A DNA stretch of 64,000 nucleotides. It comes from Azolla caroliniana. Taxonomy: Eukaryota; Plantae; Polypodiophyta. Shown in pieces: positions 22,794-36,300 of this stretch. The translations under genes and the position numbers were made by a program. The notes beneath the pieces were generated by a model. That model was not told the origin of the DNA, did not search any database, and was given only the letters and a program-made list of their open reading frames with translations. The stretch lies in assembly GCA_043228905.1 (NCBI GenBank), contig JBHGNT010000002.1, positions 13,082,001 through 13,146,000 of the forward strand, read 5' to 3'. Position 1 is the stretch's first letter, and each line of letters starts with the position of its first letter.

Positions 22794-23641
22794 GCCCGAG
22801 CCACAATCAGGCTCCCTTTGCTGAACTTCATGACACCGTTCTGGATGCTACCCGTGTAGCCTTCATCATCTAGCCGACCGGCTGATATCAGGTTCAGACG
22901 AACTTCCGGAACGTGTCGGACATCTTTCAACAGCAGTTTGCATCCGGTTGGTGTTGTCAGCCACACGTCTCCTATGCCGACAATTCGACATGTTCCTTCA
23001 TTCCCCATCCGGACACAGCCGTGATCACCGGCTGAGTAGGATGAGAAGCATTTCCGGTCCGGGGTAAGGTGGAACGACGCTCCGGAGTTTACCACCCAGG
23101 TCATCTCATCGCCGACATGGTTTATCTCACTCTCATCGGTGATGAGCATCAACTCCTCTTCACTTGCCGCAATTGCCGTCGTTCCCTTCCGGTCCGGCCC
23201 CCTCCGGTCTTTACCGTTCCGGTCTGTACCGTTTTGGTTCGGGGTTTGCTTCGAATCGGTACTGTCGGTTTCCTTGTCTTTACGGAAATGCCGACAGTTC
23301 TTTTGGAAGTGTCCCGGCTTGCCGCAATAGAAGCAAGTAGGCCTCCCCCTTGACTTTGATCGTGTCCCCGACTTCTCCCGGTTCTGGGGACTACGGTTTC
23401 TTTGTCTTCCGCGTTCCGATTCGGTAAGGAGCGCTTTGGAGTCGGAGCTCGTATCTTTGTCTTTCCGACGAGCCTCCTCATCTAGCAAGCTCGACTTTCC
23501 TCTTGCTAGGGATAGCCGTTTTCCTTCCGGCCCGGCGTTGCCCAAAGTAACAACCAACGTCTCCCAGCTATCCGGGAGGGAACCGAGCAGGAGTAGCGCT
23601 AGGACCTCATCGGCAAGAGGTACTTCCAATGACGTTGACTT
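22794..23641 (-). pseudogene. Copia D gag C-terminus, zinc knuckle and protease
   Basis: Motifs LLLGSLPDSWETLV, CFYCGKPGHFQKNC and WVVNSGASFHL (catalytic D appears as N). Confidence 0.88.
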
Positions 23642-24205
23642 CCACAAGCTGCAAACTGTCACTATGCAGAAATATACAACAGTGAGATCACCGAGGCAAC
23701 GACCTCGTGCTCTCAGATCTTCGCCACAGGCGGCGGTTATAACAGAGGCAACGACCTCGTCTCTCTCTCTCTCTCTCTCTCTCCGTCTCTCTATACAGTT
23801 ACGCGCTCTGATTTCTTCTTGCACACAACAAGAAAGGAAAAATAACATGAATGACAACAACTAACTAAAAGTTTGCCCTAAGTCATATTTATACTAATAT
23901 GACTTTTCGGCTATTTACAAAAATGTAGCCTTGATGGGCTTCATCCGGCTCTCCGCAGTCGGGCCTACACCATCCGACTCTCCGCAGTCGGGGTACTCCT
24001 CATCCGGCTTTCCGCAGTCGGGCCTTCACCATTCGACTCTCCGCAGTCGGGTACTCCTCATCCGGTTCATACCGGGCCTACACCATCCGACTCTCCGAAG
24101 TCGGGTTCTCCCCATCCGGTTCATACCGTTTCAACACTGTTCGTTTGTTCGTCGGCACTGTTCTTCTCCCTTCCCATCCGGAGGGACCTGTCTACCAACA
24201 CTTCG

Positions 24206-25247
24206 GTATGTCAACGGCACTAAGGACCAGGGACTGCTATATCGGACCGGTGCAGCCACACGGTTAGTTGGCTACACCGATGCTGATTGGGCTGGCAACG
24301 ACGCCGATCGCCGATCCACGTCTGGATACACGTTCTCCCTCGGGAGTGCCGCGATCGCGTGGAGCAGTAAGATGCAGCCGACAGTTGCACTGTCGAGCAC
24401 CGAAGCTGAGTACCGAGGAGCGGCTGTCGCGACATGCGAAGCCATATGGTTGAAGTGGCTACTTAAGGACCTGCGAGAGGAGATGTCAGATCCGACGACG
24501 ATCTACTGTGACAACCTCAACAACATCCAGCTCGTGAAGAACCCCGTCTTCCACACACGGACCAAACACATTGAGGTGCACTACCATTTTGTCCGTGAGC
24601 GTGTCCTTTCCGGTGAAGTCGAACTTCAGTACGTTCCGACGGATCAACAGACTACCGACATCTTCACAAAGCCTCTTGGTCTAGACAAGTTGCGGCAATT
24701 CTCAGGTGCGCTCGGGTTGCATCACCTCGACGTGCCGAACTTGAGGGGGAGAACAGTCCCGAACGACCAAGCAAGGCAGCAGGAAAGGAGCGGTGACCAT
24801 GACACCGAGTTGGTTGACTCGTTTGTTGACTCGGTTGAAGACGGATCGGTTGAAGAAGCCGAGGGCGACTTCGGATCGGCTGAAGAAGCCGAGGGCGGAC
24901 CCGCGGAAAAGTTCGAAAGAGGACAAAAGGGGAGCAACCGAAGGAGAGAGCCGAAGCCAACCATGCATGAGGAAGATGACGCAATCGAGGACGAGAAGAC
25001 CGAAGACGAGTTGGAGACAGCCAACTCGGATGAGAGCGAAAACCGATCGGAAGTAGCCGAGCCGGTTCGGATGTTTGATTCAGACACGCTGAATCAACCG
25101 AGGCCCAAGTGGAAGAAAAGGCAGCAGAAGAAGCGTCAACACCGCAACAACAGAAGAGCTGATGAGGGCCACATGAGCAGACAAGCCGACCGGAATGGTC
25201 GAAGCGCGCGGAGTCGAACAGGTCGAGGAGCGCGAGCGAGGCGTTAA
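24206..25247 (+). pseudogene. Copia C RNase H plus acidic/basic C-terminal extension
   Basis: YTDADWAG...STEAEY...TDIFTKPL continues in frame from ...AQRILR at 15573 once Copia D is removed. Confidence 0.88.
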
Positions 25248-26380
25248 GCCTGGAGGAACAAGAGCTGTGAGCCCGAGGATCCCGAAGAGCCTCAAGTTGA
25301 GCTTGAGGGGAGTGTTGAGAGACAAGCTCAACATCAGCCGGATCGGCTGAAGAAGCCGAGGACCGGATCGGTTGGGACCGATTGGTTAGGCCGAGTGCAT
25401 AAACTGAGAGGCCGTTAGGAAAGATATTCCGAGAGGAATATATTTGGGAGTTAGTGTAGGAGCTCTTGATGAGCATTGAAGTACTATCAGTACTTCGGTC
25501 AGTCCTTCTAGGACTTGTATAAAAGTGCTCACTGAGCACTTCTTATGTACAGACTTGAGTATTATTATTGAATATAGTTTTTTGTGTCTACTCTCTCTTT
25601 GTCTCTCCCGCGTATACCGTGTAAGCCCAAGCTCTCCATTGAACCTGAGTTTCCTTCCTCTGTTCTGTCTTCATACCTGCTTCCGCACGCTACTTTCTAC
25701 ACAATATTGCCCTAGTTATATTTATACTTATATAACTTTGGGGCTATTTACAAATATGACCTCAATGGTCACGTTTGAACATATTTACTAATATGTTCCT
25801 ATTTATTGGTTCATACTAGATCCGACCGAACTCCTTCCACAATCATCCGATACGGTATTCCTATATCTTCTAGACCCATCTGGTCCGGTTCATTGCTTCG
25901 TGTTACTGGCCGGCAAAGGAGTCTAGAGTGTGAAACGAAGGAGTTATTTAGGAAGGGTTGTAAGTGAGCTATTAGTGTGAACGGACGGACCGGAATCGGT
26001 ATGCCGTTCCGGATCCGGACCGATCCCGAATAGGTGCGGATGGCACCGTTTTGTACTACAAACCGGAAACCTATTTAAATGCCTGGATACAATGTAATGA
26101 GCAGCGGATAATTAATGAAGCTTAGTGTTTTTATCTCTCTGTGTTAATTGCCGTTCTGCATTCATTGTTATATCTTACGCGTGTGATTATTAAGGACGAT
26201 CTTGCTAAGTAACCTAATTAAGTCAGATTAATCGTTGAGCCTACTCCTCTTGCTGTAACACCCCTTTGGTGAAGTGTCTTCCATAGACACCCTGTGTTAG
26301 GCCATTGTCCGGCCCTAAGAGTTAACACAGTTTTTGGCGACCACGATTCCTGTTTTTGCAGCGAACGACGGCATGAATGG

Positions 26381-29300
26381 ATGACTAGATCAACGCACGA
26401 CCTGGTTATAGATCGAACTCAACGCCTTGCCGAAAGGCAAAGGAGACGTGAGGCTTTCCAACAAGCGACGCAGGAAATTACAGCGGATCGCTCGTTTTCC
26501 AACGTAATCTGGAGAGTAGCGGAGGAGTCCCTCCGGTTACAGCAAACATCGCACCCGGACGATGACAACAGCCTAATAAGCCTTCGGGAAACCAAATCCC
26601 TTCTCCAGGCGTTGGCAAGCGGAGAAGGCGAAGCAAAAGCCTTTTCAGCGTATGAATCAGATTCCGAAGGGGGATACAACATGCACACGAACTACCGTAG
26701 CAGCAACGACACCCCGGGTGGACCGGAGGACGAAGGATCGGACACCTTACCGACACCGGAACCGGAAGTGCTAAGGCTAGAACCTCCAGAACCAGAAGCA
26801 GAGGAAGAGCGACCTCCGACACCAGAAGTCGAGGAGGAGAGGCCTCCGTCACCAAAAGAAGAGGAAAGACCACCGACGCCGGAGAAAATCCAGGAACGAC
26901 CACCAACACCACTAGCCCGCGCACCGATACCGGACGACGACATGCCTTTCCAGTACTCCAAGTATAGAGATGATCTAGACACGGAAGCTCATGTTCACGC
27001 CTTTGAACAGACATGGGAAGCAAACCATGTATCCCAACGATTGACCCCGGAGGAAGAGGAACGCTCTAAGATAGTGGAATTTGGCGTCACATTGGAAGGA
27101 CCGGCAGCAAGATGGCGCCGGACGTAGGACCCGTCTACCATCACCACCTTTGCATATTTAAAAGCTAAATTCTTGCATTTTTTCCAAAAGGAGGTGGACC
27201 AGACAGTAATGGTGGGCTTGTTTTATACCATCCGACAGGAGGCAGGGGAGAGCATTCCCCAGTTTGTCATTCGGTTTCAACGGATGCATAGTCAGCTTGT
27301 CCGCGCACCCCTGGAGGAGGAATTACGGACTATATTCCTAAATGCGCTCCAGGAACCCCTACGTACGGTTTGTACGGTAATTGACTTCCGCGCAAGTACC
27401 ATCGACCAGGTCATTGACCGGGTGAGAGAGATGGAAAAGACAAGATCCTGGCTCACACTGGGAGCACTCCAATGGGCGTTACCGTCCGATGAAGACCTCC
27501 GGTTTCGGCAAGCAATACAGTGCACAACCTGCTTGAATTCCGAACACTCGGCACTAGAATGCATGATGAGGACGCAATGTGTAATCTGTCAATCCAAGGG
27601 CCATACGACGGATAGGTGCGAGTATAATCTATTGAACCGGCAAGCACCGCCCGTCCGACAAATAGAGCCACACAGCAGCCGGGATGAAGAAGAGGAAAGC
27701 TGGCGGCGAATGGACCGATACCGACCGGCACAGGATGTCCGGTATGGCAATCGACGGGAGAATGATGTCCGGTACGGTGATCGGCGGGATAACTACGACC
27801 GGGACGATAGATATGATCGGTACCGGGATTACAATAGGCGATACGAACATTACGACTGGGAGCACTCCCCCGGGTATCGTCAACAACGGGAGGAATACGG
27901 CAGATATAACGACCAACCTCGTCAAGAGTACCGCAATAAGAAGAACTATAACAAAAAATGGCATTTCAAAAAAGGAGGCCACCCACGGATCCGGAACAAG
28001 GAGCTTCATGCAGCCAACCGACCCAAAACCCCGCGCTTACCACAGGACCTGCCCCGGGTACAAAAAACAATGCCGAATCCAGCAATACCCGGAAAGCCTA
28101 CTGCTACTACTACCGACAGGAAGGCCATTATAGTAATCAATGCCCGGCGAAGAGCTATGACAAACGACCGACAGTAAATATGGTAGTCCCTGAAGTGGCA
28201 GATCTGCAGCAGGTGACCACAAGGTCGAAGGGCATGGCCAAGGAATGGGAGACGCAGGAGACCATCCGGAAGCAAGTGACGGAATGGGTGAAGAAAGCAA
28301 ACGAGCAAAACGTAACAGACTTAGAGCGGCAAAAGGATAACACCATAGGGCTTGCCGGCGGTAGTCACTCTGAGAACAAGACATGGCAGGCGTTGCAAGA
28401 ATGCCACGCTGCAACTAGGAAGACTCCTACAGCTGGTGCCGAGATTCACGGAAGGACTGAAGACAACCATGACGGAAGGGGAACCATCACCGGCACCGGT
28501 ACTCTTCTCGAATCCGGAGGAGGGACCAACGGTGGTGGACACCAACAGTCCGGTAATTACTGCCATTGTAAAAGGGAAAGAACTCCCCGGCACAGTAATA
28601 GACGGAGGCTCCGGTGTGAATGTAATAAGCCTCTGGACGTGTGATGCCCTGGGAATCCACGAGTGGGAGCCGTGTCCGTTCTGGTTACGGATGGCCAATA
28701 CAAGCTTAGTGCGGACGACAAGATTAATACAAAAATTAGAAGTCACCATTGGCGGTCATACATTTCACATCTCAGCAGTAGTGCTACAATTACAGGCACA
28801 AGGCACGTACCCGCTATTGCTGGGGCGGCCGTGGTTAAAAACGACACATATTAAACAGAATTGGAGGAAAAATATAATTACCTTCCGGCGAGGAAAAGCC
28901 AAGGTACGTGTACCAACACAGCCAAGGATGAGCACTAGCAAGGAATGTACACCGTTGTATGCAGAGTGCGTCAACATGCTAGAAGAGTTAGCTGACGAAG
29001 AAGAAGCACAGTACTTGCAGGAAAACCCGAAGATCGTACCCCTCTTCGAAATTGACATTGCCGAAGCAGTAGCACCATACTTACCGCAGCCAGAAGAGAC
29101 TGAAGCAGAACCGGATAAGGACGCAATCTGAGAGTTACGACAAGCCCAAGAAGCGTTGGAACGGGAAATGGTTGTTTCACAGCGCGTAAAAGCGTCGCAA
29201 CTTGAAGAGGTGAACCTAGGGACCACGGACGAAGCAAAACTGGTTGTTTCACAGCGCGTAAAAGCGTCGCAACTTGAAGAGGTGAACCTAGGGACCACGG

Positions 29301-32000
29301 ACGAAGCAAAACTGGTGCACATCGCCAAGGAGATGAGGTCCGAAGACAAAACGGCGATGATCACACTTCTCACGGAATTTCGCGACGTGTTTGCCTGGTC
29401 ATACGAAGACATGCGAGGGCTCGACCCTCAGTTATACCAGCATCAGATTCACTTGAGCAAGGACGCAAAACCAGTGGCACAAAGACGGTACTGGATGAAT
29501 CCAAATTATGCCGCCAAAGTCAAGGAGGAAATTGATAAACTGCTAAGAGTTGGCTTTATCCGTCCGGTAAAGAAAGCGACATGGCTGAGCCCGATCGTAG
29601 TCGTACCGAAGAAGAACGGAAAAATTCGAGTTTGTGTGGACTACTGGAAACTCAATGCGGCTACAGTAACGGATGCGTTTCCACTTTCGTTCACAGATGG
29701 AGTGTTGGATGCCGTCGCCGGCCATGAGGTCTATAGCTTTCTAGACCGATTCAGCGGGTATAATCAGATCCGGATGCACCCCGACGACCAAGAGAAAATG
29801 GCTTTCGTCACCGAATGGGGGGTGTTTGTGGCCATGGTGATGATGTTCGGACTCAAAACGGCACCGGCAATATTTCAACGAATCATCATGGAAATCTTTG
29901 GTGAATATATCCCGGCTTTTATGCAGGTTTTCCTTGACGATTTCGCCGTCTATTGTCTATAGCCGGGAAGAGGATCATTTGTAGCACCTCCGTCTTTGTC
30001 TAGAAAAGTGTAGAGCGTACCGGCTAAGCTTGAATCCGGCGAAGTGTGTATTTGGCGTGTCCAGTGGAACCCTACTAGGACATATTGTGAGCAAGGAAGG
30101 CATTGTAGTCAATTCGGACAAAGTGAAAGCCATATTAGAAGCACCGACGCCGGCAACGGCAAAGGCATTGAACCGGTTCTTAGGCCAGATCCGGTGGCAC
30201 AGCCGGATGCTCCGATACTTGGCCGACCTGGCTACACCGTTGCATGCCGCACTACATCGAACACCATTCCAGTGGACCGACACCGAGGATAGGGCGTATA
30301 GGGCCCTCAAGGTACTATTGTCGTAAGCACCGGTAGTGCAGCCACCGGATTGGAGTAAAGAATTTCATGTGTTCGTGGACGCCTCTGACATCGTAATCGG
30401 AAGCGCACTGATGTAGCTTACGGAGCCAAAGTGGTACCGGCCAGTTTACTATGCCAGCCGAAAGCTATCCCAAGCGGAACGGAACTACTGTACCACGGAA
30501 CGAGAAGCTCTAGGGATGATCTACAGTGTGACAAAGTTTCAGCATTATTTATTGGGAAGAAGTTTTCCTTCCATGTAGATCATTCGGCACTCCTCTACCT
30601 GGGGTCCAAGGCGTCACTCACCGGTAAGTTGGCCCGGTGGACCTTACTATTACAGGAATTCAAGTTCGAAATATTCCACCAACCCGGTATACAGCATGCC
30701 GTAGCGGATTATTTAAGCTGACTATCGGACGAGTTTCCGGATGCGGAGCTGTTTCGAGTCACTACGGAAACGGCAACAGATGAGACGGTGGCACAGGAAG
30801 ACAAGTGGCTCACAAATATGCACCAGTTTCTGAGCATAGGACTGCCTCCGGAGGAGGAGACCCGAGACGAAAGGAAACGCCTGGCGGTGCAAAGCCGACA
30901 TTTCTGCTCACTACGAGACACACTTTACCACAAGGGCGCAGACGGCATATGGAGACGGGTTGTGCACAGCGATGAAAAGGACCTCATACTGAGGGAAGCC
31001 CACTGCGGAGTTGCCGGAGGTCACTATGCCGGAGATGCGACGGCCAAGAAAATATGGCAAAGTGGCCTATGGTGGCCAACTACATTAAGAGATGTTGTAT
31101 GGTACGCAAAAGAATGTGACCTATGCCAGAGAATGGGCCAGCCAACGGAGCAAGCTCGGATGCCACACCAGCCTGTACTACCACTCGAACCATTCTAGAA
31201 GTGGGGGTTGGACTTTGTTGGACCGTTCAAATCACCGGCAATGAGAACGGGTAATCGATACGTCATCGTCGCAACGGATTATTGCACGAAATGGGTGGAG
31301 GCCAAAGCCTTAAGAGACAACACCGCTACGTCAATGGAAAAATTTCTATATGAATACATCTGGTGCCGTTATGGTTGCCCAATCGAATTAATAAGCGACC
31401 AAGGGGGGCACTTTCTCGGCCAAGTAGTTGAAAGCCTGACGACATTCTATGTCGTTGTCCATAAACGGAGCACACCCTACTATCCGCAAGCAAACGGGTT
31501 AGCTGAGTCGACGAACAAAACGCTCCAGAATATCCTCCAGAAGATCGTCAACGAAAACCGAACGGATTGGGATACCAAGCTACATAGTGCGCTTTGGGCA
31601 TACCGGACAACATACAAAACGAGCATCCGAACAACACCGTTCCGATTAGCATTCGGACTAGAGGCGGTCATGTCGGTGGAATTCCAAGTACCAAGCTAAC
31701 GGATCCAGCTACGGGAACGGCTAAACAAGGAGTTGGAGGCAATACGGTTAATAGCGCTGTGTGAACTCGAGGAACAACGACTCGCAAGCATCCTGCACTT
31801 AGAATTGGAACAACGGTGATGGAAAGCATTTGTCGACCGGCACAGGAAAGGAAATGAAAAAATGTTCGAAATCGGCAACCCGGTGTTAGTATTTCAGACC
31901 CGGATGGGCAAGATGCCGGGTAAACTACAGCTAAGATGGACCGGCCCGTATTGGCTGACACGTGAGTATAATGGGTCCTACCAGTGCAGAAATGGCCAAA
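26381..32000 (+). pseudogene. Gypsy H gag-pol
   Basis: Three CCHC-type knuckles, VIDGGSGVN (protease), FLDDF (RT), RNase H and HHCC + D,D35E integrase. Multiple stops and frameshifts. No chromodomain seen. Confidence 0.9.
29170..29313 (+). repeat. 72-bp in-frame tandem duplication upstream of the Gypsy H RT
   Basis: VVSQRVKASQLEEVNLGTTDEAKL occurs twice. Confidence 0.92.
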
Positions 32001-32981
32001 ATGGCCTTAACGGCAACATAGATCCAAGCACCGGTGACTTCAGTATGTGTACAAAATAAAGAAACAGACCAACCTGTACATATTAATAAGACCCCGACAA
32101 TGGAAACCGTTCCAGAGAGAGATGCGGCGCAAGCCCAGGAGCTTGCGGAATTGAGAGATGAACTTGCCGCACAAGAAGCGCTAAGGAGCCGTGAACGGGA
32201 ATTGAAGACAACTGCCGAAGCAGAATTAAAGAAGACTGCTGAGAACCTCCGCTGGGCAGAGGAGAGCCTCTAGAAAGGCCATCAAGCGTACGACCGGCTA
32301 AGGGAGGAAAAAGACAAAGTGCTGCAAGAAAAGGACAAGCTGCGGAAGACGGCGAAAACGGAAATTGAACGGCTAAAGGAGGAGCTCCGCCAGCAAAAGG
32401 ACCGCGAGGACCGGGCCCGTCAACAGATCAACGTACGGCTCAAGTAAAAGACAGATGATTTTGAGCACTTGCATCGGGACTACAAACAGCTGGAAACGGA
32501 GCATAAGGAATGGATGGCCGAGCTCCGGCAGGAAGTTGATCAGGCCGCAACGGCGCTCGCCGACGAACGAACGGAAAATACAAGACAGTTGGACGAGGCG
32601 GAGAAGGTCCGGATGGAGCTCCAAAGGAAGCAGCAGGAAGAAAGGGAGAGAGCGTCAACGGTATTACAAAAATTACAAAGCACATATCAAGGGCAATTGA
32701 CGCATTACAGGGAGCAGGCGGAAGACAACATCATAATCATCAAGCAATTGAAGGAGGAACGACAAGCTGTGGAGATCAAATCGTAGATGGGAACGGGCCG
32801 GATTCAGTGCATCCTCCGGGCATGGCTGAATCAAACAAAACGCTTGATTGACGAAAGCTCCGTAAGATGGTGGACAAAGTGGGCACAAAATACGGCGGAA
32901 CTCCAATTGCTATGGGCAGACGTGGAAAACTGGCGGAAGGAAGGAGATGATTGTTACACGTTGACTTCCGAGGACTTCACC

Positions 32982-33272
32982 TATCATGATATGGCAAGAC
33001 TCGAACCCATGACCTTATGCTACATGGGTCGAGCTCTTGACCATTAAAATATACATTGTAATACGTAGAATATTATTTTCATTTATGTTTTATTATAGAA
33101 AATTGATGTATATTCCAGATTTCTCTAGAACATTCTAGAAACTTCAGGAGTATTCCTTAGAACACTATAAAAGGAGGCACGAGGCATTATTTTGAACCAA
33201 ATCGGTTCAACACCAGTCTTAAGCCTCCTAGCTACTACTGTACATTCTCTTCACATAATATATATCTTTTCT

Positions 33273-33309
<37 letters not shown>

Positions 33310-36300
33310 CCTCTCACTCACTCTTTCCTTCTCTCGAGAGTTCTTCACCTCTCTTAGTACTAATACTTCTTTTAGTACTAATTCCTTCTCTGTCTTAGTA
33401 CTGTTCCTGACAGTTTGAACCGATTTGGATCGATCTTCCTTTCCTCCTTTTCCTTTTATCTTCTTATTAATCCTCTTATCCTCCCTAGTAAAATGGAAAC
33501 TGTTAGCGCTCAGGAATACCAATCTGTTTTCTCGGAGCTCCAATGCTTAAAAGAGAAATTTGTAGCACTAGAACAAGAAAATCATCGCTTGTTGAGGGAT
33601 CTTCAACAAATAGCGCTGGAAAAACAACAACAACATGGGGAGCTAACACTACGTGTACAACAACTCGAAGCAACTATCATATCATTACAACAACAAGGAT
33701 CAAGCACTCAAGGGATTCACAAAGAACCCAAGATCAGTCTTCCTGCAAAATTTGATGGGACCCGATCACAGTTTAGAGGGTTTTTGAATTAGGTACGTTT
33801 AGCGATACAAATGCATCCTTCTCGATATCCCACCGATGCATCACGAGTGGGACTAGTAGGCACTCTCCTTAGTGGCTCAACGTTAGCATGGTTTGCTCCA
33901 TTGTTGGAAAAGGATTCTCCATTATTAAACAGTTTTGAAGAATTTATAAGTGAGTTTAAGGCCTGTTTTGGAGATACTGACAGCATAAGGACTACAATCA
34001 ACAAAATTCGGCGATTACGCCAAGGTGATCATCCAGCTTCCGCATATGCTGCAGATTTCCGCCTACTCGCTGCCGATATCCCTTGGGATGATCACGCATT
34101 GATGGAGCAATTCCGTTCTGGCTTACGCAACAATCTCAAGGATTTACTCTTGACCTTCCCCGAAGAGCCAAAGTCATTAACAGAAGCAATTAGTCGCGCC
34201 GTGAGACACGACGTTCGGAATGACAATTCCAGATTCCGAGGGCAAGATCAGAGCCTACTTATGCCTCAGTGGTAGCGAAACCTTTTCCGAGGGAGTCATA
34301 TAATGCGCCTCCAACAAGTACTCCAACTCCGATGGAAATTGACACCACACGTCGTCGTGGACCGCTATCGGAAGAAGAAAAGCAACGACGTCGAGCAAAC
34401 CGACTATGTCTTTATTGCAGTGGACCAGGGCATATCGCGGTAAACTGTCCCCATAGGCCAAGAAGGCAGGTAAACCAAATAGTTGCTAGTTCTGATTGTA
34501 CTAAACTCGAGTCTATTTCAGTAGGGATATCTAATAGTCCTAATAGTACTAATAGCCCAAATCTAACGAACAAATTTGATGTCCTTAGTCAGTTAGAAGA
34601 AGAGTTAAACGACTAAGTCCAGCCAAAATAGGAGCCGTTTGGTTGGACAGCCGTAGATCTGTGCAGCCCATTAGTGGTTCCATTCCCTCTAAGCAAATTA
34701 GCAATGTGTTCGTAGCCCAAGTAATAGTTAGTACTAAAAGTACTCCTCCAGTACATGTCTTAGCACTTCTAGATTCCGGAGCTAATTCTTGCTTCATGGA
34801 TAGGAAATTGGCCCAAGCTCATCAGATATCTCTCAGAAAACTCCCGTGTCCTACCCTTGTAGTAGTCGTCGATGGTCGTCCCATTGCCTCAGGAAATATC
34901 ATAGAAGAGTCAGAGCTCGTTAATGTTGTCCTAGATAATCTAGCATGTGTCATATCATTTAATATAATTAGCATCCCAGAACACCCCATTGTCTTAGGAT
35001 AACCATGGTTCGAATTACATAACCCAGACATAGATTGGCGGACAAGAGAAATCCGGCATCGAAAAGCCCGAGGGTCTACTCATGAGATTGCAACGATTTC
35101 ACTACATCAGTTGCGTGAGGAAGGATGCAAGGAAGAAATGTTCCTCTTCGCAATATCAGTAAACCCCTGCAGCACCACTAAAGAGGATTCCACCGTTCAA
35201 CTTCCAGAGAAGTATCATCAGTATGCCGATGTGTTTGATAAAGTACAAGCCAGTACGCTTCCTCACCATCGACCATATGATTGCCCCATTGATTTACAAC
35301 CGGGGAAAGAGCCACCTTGGGGACTGATCTACAATTTGTCACCAACCGAACTGGAAGTCCTTCGAGCCTATATAGAGGAGAATTTGGATAATGGTTTCAT
35401 ACGACATTCGAAATCTCCAGCCGGCGCACCCATTTTCTTCGTCAAGAAAAAGGATGGCTCACTTCGGCTCGTTGTAGATTACCGTGGCTTGAATAAGGTT
35501 ACAATCCGAAATAGGTATGCACTCCCCCTTATCTCAAGTCTTTTAGAATGGATCAATGGTGCAAGGTTCTTCATGAAGATTGACTTACGGGGGAGCCTAT
35601 AACCTCGTACGGATCCGACCAGGAGATGAATGGAAGACCGCGTTCCGCACCAAATATGGGCACTTCGAGTATACGGTCATGCCGTTCGGCCTCACTAATG
35701 TGCCAGCAGTCTTCCAGCACATGGCAAATGATATTTTCCGAGATCTCTTGGATGTGTGTCTAATCATCTATTTGGATGATCTACTGGTTTACTCGAAGAC
35801 CCAAGAAGAGCATGATTCTCATGTACTGTTAGTACTAAAACGACTTCGAGAACATGGTCTCTATGCAAAGCTAGAAAAATGTAGTTTCGGGTGCAACCGG
35901 GTGGAATTTCTTGGCTATGTCATTTCCTCAGAAGGCATCTCCATGGACCCAACTAAGGTCAAAACGGTGGTAGAATGGAAGACTCCGCGTTCGGTGCGGG
36001 ATGTGCAATGCTTTCTAGGCTTTGCCAATTTTTACCGGAAGTTTATAAAGGATTACTCAAAGCTCGTTTTGCCTCTTACACAACTTACTAGGAAGGGACA
36101 ATCGTTCGTTTGGTCTAAAGAAGCGGACATGGCTTTTGAGAATCTTAAACAGGCATTTACATCGGCTCTGATTCTAGCTCACGTTGATCCAGAAAAACCA
36201 TTCATCATTGAAGCGGACGCATCGGATTTTGCATTGGGAAGCATTCTATCACAACGAGGTAATGATGAAAAGCTACATCATGTGGCTTTTCACTCACACA

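Larger units (their letters stand above)
15574..24200 (-). mobile_element. Copia D (Tnt1/Tork-like): 3' LTR 15574-16297, truncated 5' LTR 23642-24200, TSD CTTCG
   Basis: cttcg at 15569-15573 and 24201-24205. The LTRs align. PPT rc tgaagtgggagtt. U5, PBS and the gag start are deleted at 23641. Confidence 0.95.
11375..25701 (+). mobile_element. Copia C, full length: LTRs 11375-11763 and 25313-25701, TSD CAATA
   Basis: 389-bp TG...CA LTRs with ~13 substitutions by manual count. Met-type PBS tggtattagag at 11764. PPT ttgaggggag precedes 25313. TSD caata at 11370-11374 and 25702-25706. Confidence 0.95.

Noticed and set aside
22757-23860. 367-aa ORF with a hydrophobic N-terminus fused to Gag (possible spliced or membrane Gag)
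   Set aside because: It is a deletion junction at 23641 between LTR and gag with no GT/AG splice signals, and the end runs into N1.
23931-24205. N-terminal extension on the RNase H ORF 23931-25247
   Set aside because: It is antisense Copia D LTR that happens to be in frame.
15569-25900. Identical TSD CTTCG for Copia D and Gypsy H
   Set aside because: Different superfamilies at independent sites; probably chance.
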